IMG/VR virus record: IMGVR_UViG_3300032274_000037
Coordinates: 1-27,130 of that record
Reading direction: 5' to 3' (one strand)
DNA length: 27,130 bases
Origin: a virus
Taxonomy: Duplodnaviria > Caudoviricetes
Shown here piece by piece: positions 9,466 to 17,054 of this stretch. The notes under the pieces were generated by a model, which was given only the letters and a program-made list of their open reading frames with translations, was not told the DNA's origin and searched no databases. Each line of letters opens with the position of its first letter. The stretch's first letter is position 1. The translations under genes were made by a program, and so were the position numbers.

Positions 9466-9829
9466 TCCATTAATAAGCAAACCATCGCTGTGCGCTTTTT
9501 GTAGAGCGCCAGCGAAAGGGTTTGTATATGGTAAAGATCACACTTGGTTAGGAGCTTGTAGCATGGATCACCTAGAAAAATTAAAGAAAGGTGAACAACT
9601 CAAGAATGTAGCGCAGATGAGCAACGAGGGCTTAGATTACGCTATCAAACAAACGAAAGACATCTATCTCAAGATAGCCAAGGACACAGGTTCTTATGTT
9701 ATGCACGAATGGGATAGAGAAAAAAGAGAACTGTTATTTGGTAAGGCTATTAGAGAATATCTCAACTGGGCCAACCATCAAGCAGAAACAGGAAAATTGG
9801 AGAGAACATTAAGAGATGGAACTGACTAA
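9443..9829 (+). CDS. Hypothetical protein with putative Zn finger
   Basis: 'CAFC...ACSMDH' potential metal ligands; sits between SSB and primase-helicase. Start uncertain. Confidence 0.6.
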   Translation: MATGSLFNPLISKPSLCAFCRAPAKGFVYGKDHTWLGACSMDHLEKLKKGEQLKNVAQMSNEGLDYAIKQTKDIYLKIAKDTGSYVMHEWDREKRELLFGKAIREYLNWANHQAETGKLERTLRDGTD

Positions 9830-11660
9830 ATGGTATGGAGAGAAAGGCTTAGTCATTGATGATAACTTTGCTTTTGCCAGTCAAGGTAATAGCACGGATG
9901 ATTTAATACGCGAGATGAATAACCAAGGGTTGTTCGTCAATTCATTAGACTTAACAGGACAGGTAACAAGAGTACCCGTTCAATCTGCGCCTGGTGTTAG
10001 ACCAGATAAAGGCAATGAGCGTAGCGGTTGGTATGTTATCAATGAGCTAGACGGAAATTATTTTGCAACTTTTGGTAACTGGCGAACGGGTGAACAACAC
10101 AAGTGGTCAAGCATTAACACTAATCAACTATCAAACATTGATAGAGTAGCGCTACAAAAAAGAATGGAAGAAGCTATTGAGCGGGCCGAAGTAGCGAAGA
10201 AAGTTAGGCATGATGAAGTAGCTAAAGAAGTAAAAGAAAGATATAAAAACTGTCAGCCCGTGATCTCGCATGAGTATCTAAATAATAAAAATGTTAAAAG
10301 TTATGGATTGAAACAACTGAACGGAAGTTTAATTGTTCCTGTCATCTCCGCAGTAAGCGGAGAGATGCGTAGTTTACAGTATATAGATAAGAAAGGACAG
10401 AAAAGATTTGTGAGCGCGAGCGAAATCAAAGGTAATGTTTTTCTTATTGGGTGCGAGCAAGCAACATTAGCCACGCAAGAAAACTTAATCATTGTCGAGG
10501 GATACTCAACCGCAGCTACAGTTTATGAATCTACGAAGATACCGACAGTTTGCGTATTTTCGGCGAACTTTACTATGGAGGCTGTTACTAATATTCGCAA
10601 GATTTCTCAAGCAAGATTATATATAGCCCTAGATAACGATGAGAGCGGCGTAGGCGAGAGGAAAGCTAACGAGGTAGCATCTGCCATTCCTAACTGTTTC
10701 GTGCGCGTGCCGAGCGCGAGAGGAGACTATAACGACTTAGCTAAAACTCATGGATTAGATAGGGTTAGATTAGAAATATTAAATCAAGGTTTAGGTCTAA
10801 CCAAACACCCCATTAGAAACCTAGTTAAAGAACCGCCACCAAAGGTTTGGCTTGTGGATAAACTGTTAGAAATATCCAAGCCTGGAATCCTTGCCTCGAT
10901 TGGTGGGGTAGGTAAATCCATGATGGCATTAGATTTAGCCATTAAAGTATCGCAAGGCTCTGGAATGTGGTTTGATCATCCCATACTCAAAGGCGGTAAT
11001 GTGGTGATACTATCAGCCGAGGATGACTTGGTTGAAATCCATAGACGAATCAATGCTTTGGATAAAGGCAATAAAAGATTCGATGCACCTTACGATGTAT
11101 TCACCCATACAATCCCCGATCAACCTGAACCTTTAATACTTATTAGAGACGATTCCAAAGGTTTACAAATCACCGATCAAGCTAGAGAACTCTTAGCTGA
11201 ATTAGAAACCATACCGAATTTAGAACTGGTTATCATTGATCCAATCCAAGCCATGAGTGGAGCGCCTATTAGTTCATCTAATGAAGCCGCTCAACTTTAC
11301 TGTCAACTTTGCGCCTCTATCTCCTCGCGTTTTAACTGTTGCACTCTAAGTATTCATCATATGTCAAAGGCGGCTCTCCAAGCTGATGACGATCCGATGA
11401 ATGTGCGCAGTAAGATCAGAGGCGCATCTTCTTTGGTTGATGGGCATAGGCTAGCGATAGCCTTGTGGTTAGCGAATGAAGAAGAAGCGGAGAGAATTTG
11501 TATTGATAATGGAGTGGACTATGAGCGGTTGCGCGTGGTGAAGGGCGCGGTGGTGAAAAGTAATTCATCCGAGGTTGATGTATCAATCAAGACATTGTTT
11601 AGGAAAGAGGCCGTGCTTGAGCCTTACAAAGAGAGCAACTTTAATATTGGAGATTTTTAA
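9816..11660 (+). CDS. Primase-helicase (Toprim primase plus AAA_25 / RSF1010 RepA-like helicase)
   Basis: 'SGWY...FGNWRTG' N-terminus, Toprim 'VEGYSTA...ALDND...GDYND', Walker A 'GGVGKS', 'LSAED', 'IIDP', 'IHHMSK', 'RGASSL'. Confidence 0.9.
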   Translation: MELTKWYGEKGLVIDDNFAFASQGNSTDDLIREMNNQGLFVNSLDLTGQVTRVPVQSAPGVRPDKGNERSGWYVINELDGNYFATFGNWRTGEQHKWSSINTNQLSNIDRVALQKRMEEAIERAEVAKKVRHDEVAKEVKERYKNCQPVISHEYLNNKNVKSYGLKQLNGSLIVPVISAVSGEMRSLQYIDKKGQKRFVSASEIKGNVFLIGCEQATLATQENLIIVEGYSTAATVYESTKIPTVCVFSANFTMEAVTNIRKISQARLYIALDNDESGVGERKANEVASAIPNCFVRVPSARGDYNDLAKTHGLDRVRLEILNQGLGLTKHPIRNLVKEPPPKVWLVDKLLEISKPGILASIGGVGKSMMALDLAIKVSQGSGMWFDHPILKGGNVVILSAEDDLVEIHRRINALDKGNKRFDAPYDVFTHTIPDQPEPLILIRDDSKGLQITDQARELLAELETIPNLELVIIDPIQAMSGAPISSSNEAAQLYCQLCASISSRFNCCTLSIHHMSKAALQADDDPMNVRSKIRGASSLVDGHRLAIALWLANEEEAERICIDNGVDYERLRVVKGAVVKSNSSEVDVSIKTLFRKEAVLEPYKESNFNIGDF

Positions 11661-11661
11661 T

Positions 11662-11721
11662 ATGATTAATTACCCATGCGGATGGTTTGATGTAGAACAA
11701 TTACCTGGAGGCAAAAAATGA
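11662..11721 (+). CDS. Possible 19-aa peptide MINYPCGWFDVEQLPGGKK
   Basis: Exactly fills the gap between helicase and methylase, GGAG about 9 nt upstream, stop overlaps the methylase ATG. Confidence 0.4.
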   Translation: MINYPCGWFDVEQLPGGKK

Positions 11722-12857
11722 ATGTACTAAGTCTGTTTGATGGTATGTCTTGCGGAATGTTAGCCTTGGATAGGTTAGGCATTAAAGTTGATAAGTATTA
11801 TGCAAGTGAGATTGATAAGTATGCCATGCAAGTGAGCGCGGCTAATTACCCAGAGATTATTCAAGTGGGTGATATTACCAAGTTAGATTTATCTACATTG
11901 CCAAAGATTGATTTGGTAATGGGTGGCTCACCCTGTCAAGGATTTAGCTTTGCAGGTAAACAGTTAGCATTTGATGATCCAAGGTCTGCATTGTTCTTTG
12001 AGTTTCATAAAGCTATCTCATATTTACAGCCGAAATATTTTTTACTAGAAAATGTAAGAATGAAAAAAGAATACTTAGATATTATTTCTGAGTACATGGG
12101 AGTTGAGCCAATCTTTATTAATAGCTCTTTGGTTTCTGCCCAATCAAGACAGCGTTACTATTGGACTAACATTCCTAATGTTGAGCAGCCAAAAGATAGA
12201 GGAATTGTTTTAAGAGATATTTTAGAAGATGGCTTTAATACTGAAAGAGATAAAAGTCATTGCCTAGATGCTAATTATTACAAGGGTTCAAGCGTTGAAA
12301 ACTATTTTAAAAAAAGTAGGAGACAGATGGTTTTTAAAGATTCTGGAAACAATGGCATGATTTTAGTGCCACAAAAGTTAGTTGACGATACTAATGATTT
12401 ACCAGAAAAGTCGCAAACAATTAAATCCCAGTATTACAAATCATCTAAAGCAAACTTTGAAAGAAGTGGTACTTTTCACGCAACAGGAATACCACAAAAA
12501 TTAATTGATGTTAGGGCTATGACAGAAGTTAGAACACCTGAAGCCAATCAAATAAGATATGAACATAAAAGAAGAACAGGGAAAGATTGGTCGCCCAGGC
12601 ATATGAGACACTTGGTTAAAAGGCAAGATGAGAAAATGAACACTCTTACAAGCGCATTAACCAAACAACATATATTGCAAATAACCGAAGAACAAGAAGT
12701 CTATTGGCGAAAGCTAACACCCTTAGAGTGCGAGAGATTGCAAACTGTTCCAGATAATTACACCAATCATGTGAGTAACACCCAGCGTTATAAAATGCTT
12801 GGTAATGGTTGGACAATAGAAGTCATTGCTCACATATTAAAAGGCATGGAAATATGA
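11718..12857 (+). CDS. DNA (cytosine-5)-methyltransferase
   Basis: Motif I 'SLFDGMSCG', IV 'GGSPCQGFS', VI 'LENV', VIII 'QSRQRYYW', IX/X 'LTPLECERLQ...YKMLGNGW'. Confidence 0.95.
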   Translation: MNVLSLFDGMSCGMLALDRLGIKVDKYYASEIDKYAMQVSAANYPEIIQVGDITKLDLSTLPKIDLVMGGSPCQGFSFAGKQLAFDDPRSALFFEFHKAISYLQPKYFLLENVRMKKEYLDIISEYMGVEPIFINSSLVSAQSRQRYYWTNIPNVEQPKDRGIVLRDILEDGFNTERDKSHCLDANYYKGSSVENYFKKSRRQMVFKDSGNNGMILVPQKLVDDTNDLPEKSQTIKSQYYKSSKANFERSGTFHATGIPQKLIDVRAMTEVRTPEANQIRYEHKRRTGKDWSPRHMRHLVKRQDEKMNTLTSALTKQHILQITEEQEVYWRKLTPLECERLQTVPDNYTNHVSNTQRYKMLGNGWTIEVIAHILKGMEI

Positions 12858-12994
12858 GCGATACAGTTAAAGGCGTGGTCTTTATTGATGATGCGATTAA
12901 TCTAAGCCATGATGAATTAAAAAAGAAGTTTAAAGATGCGGTTGAAAACAATGAGATTAATCATTTTGAAATACAAACGAGAGCTAAAGAATGA
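12854..12994 (+). CDS. Small hypothetical protein (MSDTVKGVV...)
   Basis: ATGA overlap with the methylase stop; 46 aa. Confidence 0.5.
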   Translation: MSDTVKGVVFIDDAINLSHDELKKKFKDAVENNEINHFEIQTRAKE

Positions 12995-13170
12995 ACTTTA
13001 CACAAGAAGAAAAATTAATGTTAGATCAAATTGAAACACTCAAAAAACAATTAAAAGAACACCAAAAGACAATAAACAATAAGGAATGGCTGATTAAAAA
13101 GTATGACATTTTGTATGATACTTTGGTTGAAATACAAGAATATTTAATTGGTGAAATAGAATTTAAGTGA
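12991..13170 (+). CDS. Small coiled-coil hypothetical protein (MNFTQEEKLM...)
   Basis: 59-aa ORF read by hand; ATGA overlap with the upstream stop. Confidence 0.55.
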   Translation: MNFTQEEKLMLDQIETLKKQLKEHQKTINNKEWLIKKYDILYDTLVEIQEYLIGEIEFK

Positions 13171-13179
13171 GGTATAACA

Positions 13180-13314
13180 ATGAGCGGTAAAGGAGATAAA
13201 CCAAGAGATTTAGTTTATAGCCAAGAATACAGAGATAATTTTGATAAAATCTTTGGTAAGAAGAAACCAAACAAGGAGCAAAAAAATGAGACTGATTCTA
13301 AGCGAAAAAGATAA
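13180..13314 (+). CDS. Small basic phage protein (MSGKGDKPR...NFDKIFGKK)
   Basis: SD GAGGT; 44 aa; the 'GKG.KPR...Y..N.D.IF' pattern recurs in aquatic phages (from recall, not searched). Confidence 0.6.
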   Translation: MSGKGDKPRDLVYSQEYRDNFDKIFGKKKPNKEQKNETDSKRKR

Positions 13315-13465
13315 ACATATTATTGTTACTGTCCTTGGTGATTACGCCACCGAGATTGATAGACAGGCCACCAAAACCAAAGAAGATTTAGATACTTATA
13401 AAAGAATCGAGAACATTATTAGTCAAGTAGCTTTCGGCATTGACAAGGAGGAGAAAGAAGAATGA
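13286..13465 (+). CDS. Small hypothetical protein (MRLILSEKDK...)
   Basis: SD AAGGAG before ATG 13286; 59 aa. Confidence 0.6.
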   Translation: MRLILSEKDKHIIVTVLGDYATEIDRQATKTKEDLDTYKRIENIISQVAFGIDKEEKEE

Positions 13466-13536
13466 ACCATGAAACGATGATGAAATTAGCCTTGATTGGC
13501 GTATTATGTTGTATGGTGATATTGGTTAGCTTGTAG
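13462..13536 (+). CDS. Possible 24-aa membrane peptide (MNHETMMKLALIGVLCCMVILVSL)
   Basis: AGGAGG upstream, ATGA overlap, one hydrophobic stretch. Confidence 0.4.
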   Translation: MNHETMMKLALIGVLCCMVILVSL

Positions 13537-13615
13537 CAAAGCGCTACAATGCTTGTAGCATATCGCTACAACGACTGTAGCAAAGCGCTACAACACTATA
13601 AGCATAACGCTACAA
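13531..13615. repeat. Four 19-bp palindromic units TTGTAGC-N5-GCTACAA at 22-bp period (iteron/operator array, putative origin)
   Basis: Copies at 13531-13549, 13553-13571, 13575-13593 (1 mismatch in the left arm) and 13597-13615 (degenerate left arm). Confidence 0.9.
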
Positions 13616-13622
13616 ATATCCG

Positions 13623-13676
13623 TATATATATACATATATATATAGAGACAAAAAACCTTGAAGGTTTTTATGTCTC
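13623..13676. promoter_or_regulatory. (TA)n run followed by an inverted repeat; probable unwinding element plus hairpin of the putative origin
   Basis: TATATATATACATATATATATA then GAGACAAAAAACC-TTGAA-GGTTTTT(A)TGTCTC. Confidence 0.55.
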
Positions 13677-13696
13677 TTAAGAAAGAAAGGAGAAGT

Positions 13697-14143
13697 ATGA
13701 GAGAAGAATTAAAAAATTCCTGGTGGGTTAGCGCGGGGAACATTGAGCGCGAGCGCGAGAGCGCACTTATATCCATCGAGTTTGATAAAGCCTTTCGCGA
13801 TTATTCAAAGTTAAAAAAAGAAATCTGGAATCTCTACCGCGCACGCGCGGGGCGAGAAGATTTATCGCCCGTAGCGAAGCTGTTACTTTGGAGCGTGTGC
13901 GAGCGCTATCGGTGGCAGACCTGGAGTAGCCATGATGCTATTAGTTATTATTGCAAGATGATTGGAGTGCATAGAACGAGCGCGAGCAGAGGAATGAGCG
14001 AGTTATTAGAGAAAGAGGTTCTATGGTGTGTGCTAGAGGGTGAGCGCAAGCGGTTAAGGAAATCGCAAGCGGGTGGGAAGAAGCATTTTCTATTGGTTGG
14101 TTTAGGTGCGCACTTGCGCGAGCAGGTGGGGCGCGATAGCTAA
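13697..14143 (+). CDS. Winged helix-turn-helix protein, putative replication initiator / origin-binding protein
   Basis: 'LSPVAKLLLWSVCE...SHDAISYYCKMIGVHRTSASRGMSELLEKEVL' resembles HTH_36-type initiator domains; strong SD AAAGGAGAAG before ATG 13697. Confidence 0.65.
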   Translation: MREELKNSWWVSAGNIERERESALISIEFDKAFRDYSKLKKEIWNLYRARAGREDLSPVAKLLLWSVCERYRWQTWSSHDAISYYCKMIGVHRTSASRGMSELLEKEVLWCVLEGERKRLRKSQAGGKKHFLLVGLGAHLREQVGRDS

Positions 14144-14180
14144 CTTGGGGAAGGAGAGTAAAGCTATCTTGGTGCGCCCC
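14128..14180 (-). ncRNA. Stem-loop at the convergence of two operons; minus-strand loop is an anti-SD sequence (candidate 3'-end regulatory RNA or terminator)
   Basis: Arms GGGGCGC-GATAGCT / AGCTATC-(TTGGT)-GCGCCCC; minus-strand loop UUACUCUCCUUCCCCAAGUU. Confidence 0.45.
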
Positions 14181-14189
14181 GTTGATTGG

Positions 14190-14375
14190 TTAGGCTATTA
14201 TATCCCCGTTTTTAAATATTTTTGCCATTTTTAGGCCTTGCGGTGAGACAAGTACCCAGTTGCCGTTTTCGTCTTGGTGCGAGCGTGTGCGGTCGGGGTA
14301 TTCGGGTTCGCCTATTAGTCCATAATGTTCGCGCATATGGTTGATGTATTTGAATTGAGCTATATCGTAACTCAT
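14190..14375 (-). CDS. Early-region hypothetical protein
   Basis: 61 aa, SD AAGGTGA, coupled to the upstream gene. Confidence 0.65.
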   Translation of the reverse strand: MSYDIAQFKYINHMREHYGLIGEPEYPDRTRSHQDENGNWVLVSPQGLKMAKIFKNGDIIA

Positions 14376-14974
14376 TAAATATCACCTTGGTCTAAAACAA
14401 CGCGCTTGGGGTCTCTCTCAAGAATTATACGCATGGGATTATCTTTCATGTGCGCTAACAAATTACCATATTCATCTCTTAAATAAAAACATTTGTTGTT
14501 AGCTATGTATTCCGAATTGGCGTAAGAAATCTTATCTATTTTGTGAGATTTAATATTGTGTTTTTTAATGTAATCAATATATTGCTCCTCTGCTATTTTA
14601 TATTTTCTTTGGCGCATCATGCTTTTTACAGAATAATTTACTTTGGTAAAATTCTTGATAACATCTTTTTTAATCATTGAATAAGTTTCATCTGATAGAT
14701 CGCCATTAAACAATTTCCCCGCGGGGTGTCCATATGAATCGTAAACATCACCTTGAATAAAAATGCTTGGTTCTTCATCACGATTTATAAGATCATATTC
14801 ATCATGGTAATAAGACATTTTTTCATACACTCTTTTTATTGCTTTATAGTCTTTTTTTGTTTCTGCTAAATTTTCAGTAGTTTTGTTTTTAGCTTCATTC
14901 TCTAATTTGTTTAGAGTCTCAACCACCATAACCGACAAAAATTCAAATTCTGTTGCTGTTAAATCTAATTTCAT
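14375..14974 (-). CDS. Early-region hypothetical protein
   Basis: 199-aa ORF, TAATG-coupled on both sides. Confidence 0.75.
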   Translation of the reverse strand: MKLDLTATEFEFLSVMVVETLNKLENEAKNKTTENLAETKKDYKAIKRVYEKMSYYHDEYDLINRDEEPSIFIQGDVYDSYGHPAGKLFNGDLSDETYSMIKKDVIKNFTKVNYSVKSMMRQRKYKIAEEQYIDYIKKHNIKSHKIDKISYANSEYIANNKCFYLRDEYGNLLAHMKDNPMRIILERDPKRVVLDQGDI

Positions 14975-15075
14975 TATCTATTCCCCCAATAATTAACGAT
15001 TAGCCATAGCGTTAAGACTATGACTAACCATATTAAAAAACCAATACCAAAGATAAAACCAAGTATTTCAATCAT
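14974..15075 (-). CDS. 33-aa membrane peptide (MIEILGFIFGIGFLIWLVIVLTLWLIVNYWGNR)
   Basis: Read by hand; exactly bridges its neighbours with TAATG overlaps; single hydrophobic helix. Confidence 0.6.
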   Translation of the reverse strand: MIEILGFIFGIGFLIWLVIVLTLWLIVNYWGNR

Positions 15076-15260
15076 TAGTATGATTCCTGAATAATTACAT
15101 CCCTTTTGCGCTTGTCCTCGTAAGTTTTAACAATCTTCCCGCATGGATAGGTTAAGACCCAGTAGTCTTTACCAAAGTCTTTGCTCATGCTTGGTATGTT
15201 TTCCCTTTCGCTATTTAGTAAGCGTTTCGCTTCCTCTATCATTTCTCTGTGTTGTGTCAT
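15075..15260 (-). CDS. Early-region hypothetical protein
   Basis: 61 aa, SD AAGGGTGA, overlaps neighbours. Confidence 0.65.
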   Translation of the reverse strand: MTQHREMIEEAKRLLNSERENIPSMSKDFGKDYWVLTYPCGKIVKTYEDKRKRDVIIQESY

Positions 15261-15451
15261 AGTTTCACCCTTTTTTGTTGTTCAATATCAAAACATGAGT
15301 GGTGAATGTCTGAAATTTGCCCTGTACTATTTGCAGTCTTCCAAATTTTTACAATTTGTTCGCCAGTCGAGTTGTCAACATATACAGTTACATTACCCAT
15401 TTGAATATAAGCCGATGTGTTGGATTTCTTTGTTATGTCAAATACGCTCAT
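15257..15451 (-). CDS. Early-region hypothetical protein
   Basis: 64 aa, 'VTVYVDNSTGEQIV' motif, ATGA coupling. Confidence 0.65.
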   Translation of the reverse strand: MSVFDITKKSNTSAYIQMGNVTVYVDNSTGEQIVKIWKTANSTGQISDIHHSCFDIEQQKRVKL

Positions 15452-15651
15452 GATTCCCCCATTGGTAAATTTAAAAGTTTATCGATTCTGTGTTCGTCTA
15501 ACGATACAAAGCGTAAGATTTCCTCTTGTTGTCTATGTGTTAGATCGTCAAAGCCTTGTATATACTTTTGCGGATTGTCGAATAGATCGCGCAAATATTT
15601 AATTATTTCGCGCCTAGCGAATTGTTTAGGCGTTAGATTATTTATTTTCAT
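15448..15651 (-). CDS. Early-region hypothetical protein (MKINNLTPKQ...)
   Basis: SD AAGGAGAG before the ATG at 15651; preferred over the 15696 start. Confidence 0.65.
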   Translation of the reverse strand: MKINNLTPKQFARREIIKYLRDLFDNPQKYIQGFDDLTHRQQEEILRFVSLDEHRIDKLLNLPMGES

Positions 15652-15919
15652 TATTGCTCTCCTTATTTGTAAATAAACGAACCCATTTCGTGCCATCCGT
15701 TGCCCTTAATCCATTTTTTGTAGGGTATACAGGATATATAGCACAAGTCGTTTCTTTTCTTTCTGTTCCTGTTTCATCCCAACATTCAATATCAAAATAC
15801 TCTCCATCTATTTCTATCTCATGCCAAGATTGTTCCCCTTGGTTTAAATCTTTTAAGAAATCTTTATATATTTTTTTTGCTTCTAAATGAGCCTTATTAA
15901 GCTGTGATTCAGTTATCAT
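15638..15919 (-). CDS. Early-region hypothetical protein
   Basis: 93 aa, SD AAGGGGG, overlaps neighbours. Confidence 0.65.
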   Translation of the reverse strand: MITESQLNKAHLEAKKIYKDFLKDLNQGEQSWHEIEIDGEYFDIECWDETGTERKETTCAIYPVYPTKNGLRATDGTKWVRLFTNKESNNENK

Positions 15920-16134
15920 AATTCCCCCTTGGTTTTATAAGTTTTTAAAATGGTCTTAATCTTATTGACTAAGTCTTGGTAATTTTTCGCGCTGTAGCCG
16001 TTAGCCTTGAATAGTTCCAAGGCCTTTGGATTGATTAGCGGGTTGTCGTCAGTGTGCGCTAAGAACCAATTTAAGAGTTCTAATTCTTGGCGGTTAATCT
16101 TTGGCTTGTTGAAGTTATATCTTTTGATGCTCAT
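15916..16134 (-). CDS. Early-region hypothetical protein
   Basis: 72 aa, SD GAGGA. Confidence 0.65.
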   Translation of the reverse strand: MSIKRYNFNKPKINRQELELLNWFLAHTDDNPLINPKALELFKANGYSAKNYQDLVNKIKTILKTYKTKGEL

Positions 16135-16135
16135 G

Positions 16136-16318
16136 TTAAGCGTCCTCTATATCTATAGTTTGGATATCTTCTAAATGTTCCCATTCAACAGAGTCATTAA
16201 TAATTGCATCATCAAGTTTAGACTCGACATCTTCCCAACTTTCCGCATAGATGTAAGTTTCTTCTCGGATAACCTTTTTTCTAATAACTCTAAATTCTGT
16301 TAATGTATCAGCGCTCAT
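16136..16318 (-). CDS. Early-region acidic hypothetical protein
   Basis: 60 aa, SD GAGAGGT, 'YIYAESWEDVE' motif. Confidence 0.6.
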   Translation of the reverse strand: MSADTLTEFRVIRKKVIREETYIYAESWEDVESKLDDAIINDSVEWEHLEDIQTIDIEDA

Positions 16319-16509
16319 CTGTTAACCTCTCTTTGTTCTACTTTTTCCCAAAGTTCGCAAAATCTAATAAGCCAAGCTAATTGGTAAATGTCGTTATAGT
16401 TTCCAACATATTGAGAATCTAAAGCGCATAAATGCTCTAAGCCGTTTTTATCGTAAAAGTTCTCTAATATGTCGCACATATAATTGAATAATGTAAATTT
16501 ATCTTCCAT
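16315..16509 (-). CDS. Early-region hypothetical protein (MEDKFTLF...)
   Basis: ATG at 16509 is TAATG-coupled to the upstream small ORF. Confidence 0.6.
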   Translation of the reverse strand: MEDKFTLFNYMCDILENFYDKNGLEHLCALDSQYVGNYNDIYQLAWLIRFCELWEKVEQREVNR

Positions 16510-16646
16510 TAGATCACCCACGATATAAGAGTTAATAAGGATGCAAAGAAAAATATAATTATTATATTCTCGGTAATTGTCCGCGCTTGGTTCGTCCAGT
16601 GTCGCGGTTTTCTTGGCTTGTGTAGTTTGTGTGCATAGTCTTTCAT
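16509..16646 (-). CDS. 45-aa membrane-anchored peptide (MKDYAHKLHK...SLLTLISWVI)
   Basis: Read by hand; fills the gap exactly; SD GAGGTGG; C-terminal hydrophobic helix. Confidence 0.55.
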   Translation of the reverse strand: MKDYAHKLHKPRKPRHWTNQARTITENIIIIFFFASLLTLISWVI

Positions 16647-16973
16647 TTATGCCACCTCTTCAGAGTTAAGGATTTGATAGCAAACATTTTCAACAGACCA
16701 CCAGGCTAAAAGATTTTTAAATGATGTATCGCTATTTATATTCTCAGCATAATCTGACCAAGTTCCCATAAATTCGAATACAGTTTTATATCCGAATTGC
16801 TCTGTTTCATTTTCTAATAATTGCCATATCTCATCTTTATGGTCATCATAGAATTTTACTGTGTCCTCATAATAAATAAGATCATTACAAGCACCATTGA
16901 CACAGCCATTTTCAGATATGCTTTTTATATCTTCTATTTCTTGGGTTTCTAATATCCAGTTTTTAATATCCAT
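16647..16973 (-). CDS. Highly acidic early protein, candidate DNA mimic / Ocr-like anti-restriction protein
   Basis: About 23 D/E vs 6 K and no R in 108 aa (hand count); 'GC..G...LIYY.DT.KFY...EI...KNLLAW..VE' motif; strong SD TTAGGAGAG. Confidence 0.6.
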   Translation of the reverse strand: MDIKNWILETQEIEDIKSISENGCVNGACNDLIYYEDTVKFYDDHKDEIWQLLENETEQFGYKTVFEFMGTWSDYAENINSDTSFKNLLAWWSVENVCYQILNSEEVA

Positions 16974-17003
16974 TTTTACTCTCCTAAAAGTAAGTTAGTT
17001 ATA

Positions 17004-17041
17004 CCACGAAAGCCCCGAAAAGACGGGGCGTTAAATCGTGG
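17004..17041 (-). promoter_or_regulatory. Intergenic stem-loop (attenuator, processing or antitermination element)
   Basis: CCACGA-aa-GCCCCG-aaaaga-CGGGGC-gttaaa-TCGTGG between the first and second genes of the leftward operon. Confidence 0.55.
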
Positions 17042-17054
17042 GGGGGTTGTTAGA

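Noticed and set aside
13531-13615. Palindromic repeats as a mini-CRISPR array
   Set aside because: Units are separated by only 3 bp, so there are no spacers, and no cas operon is present.
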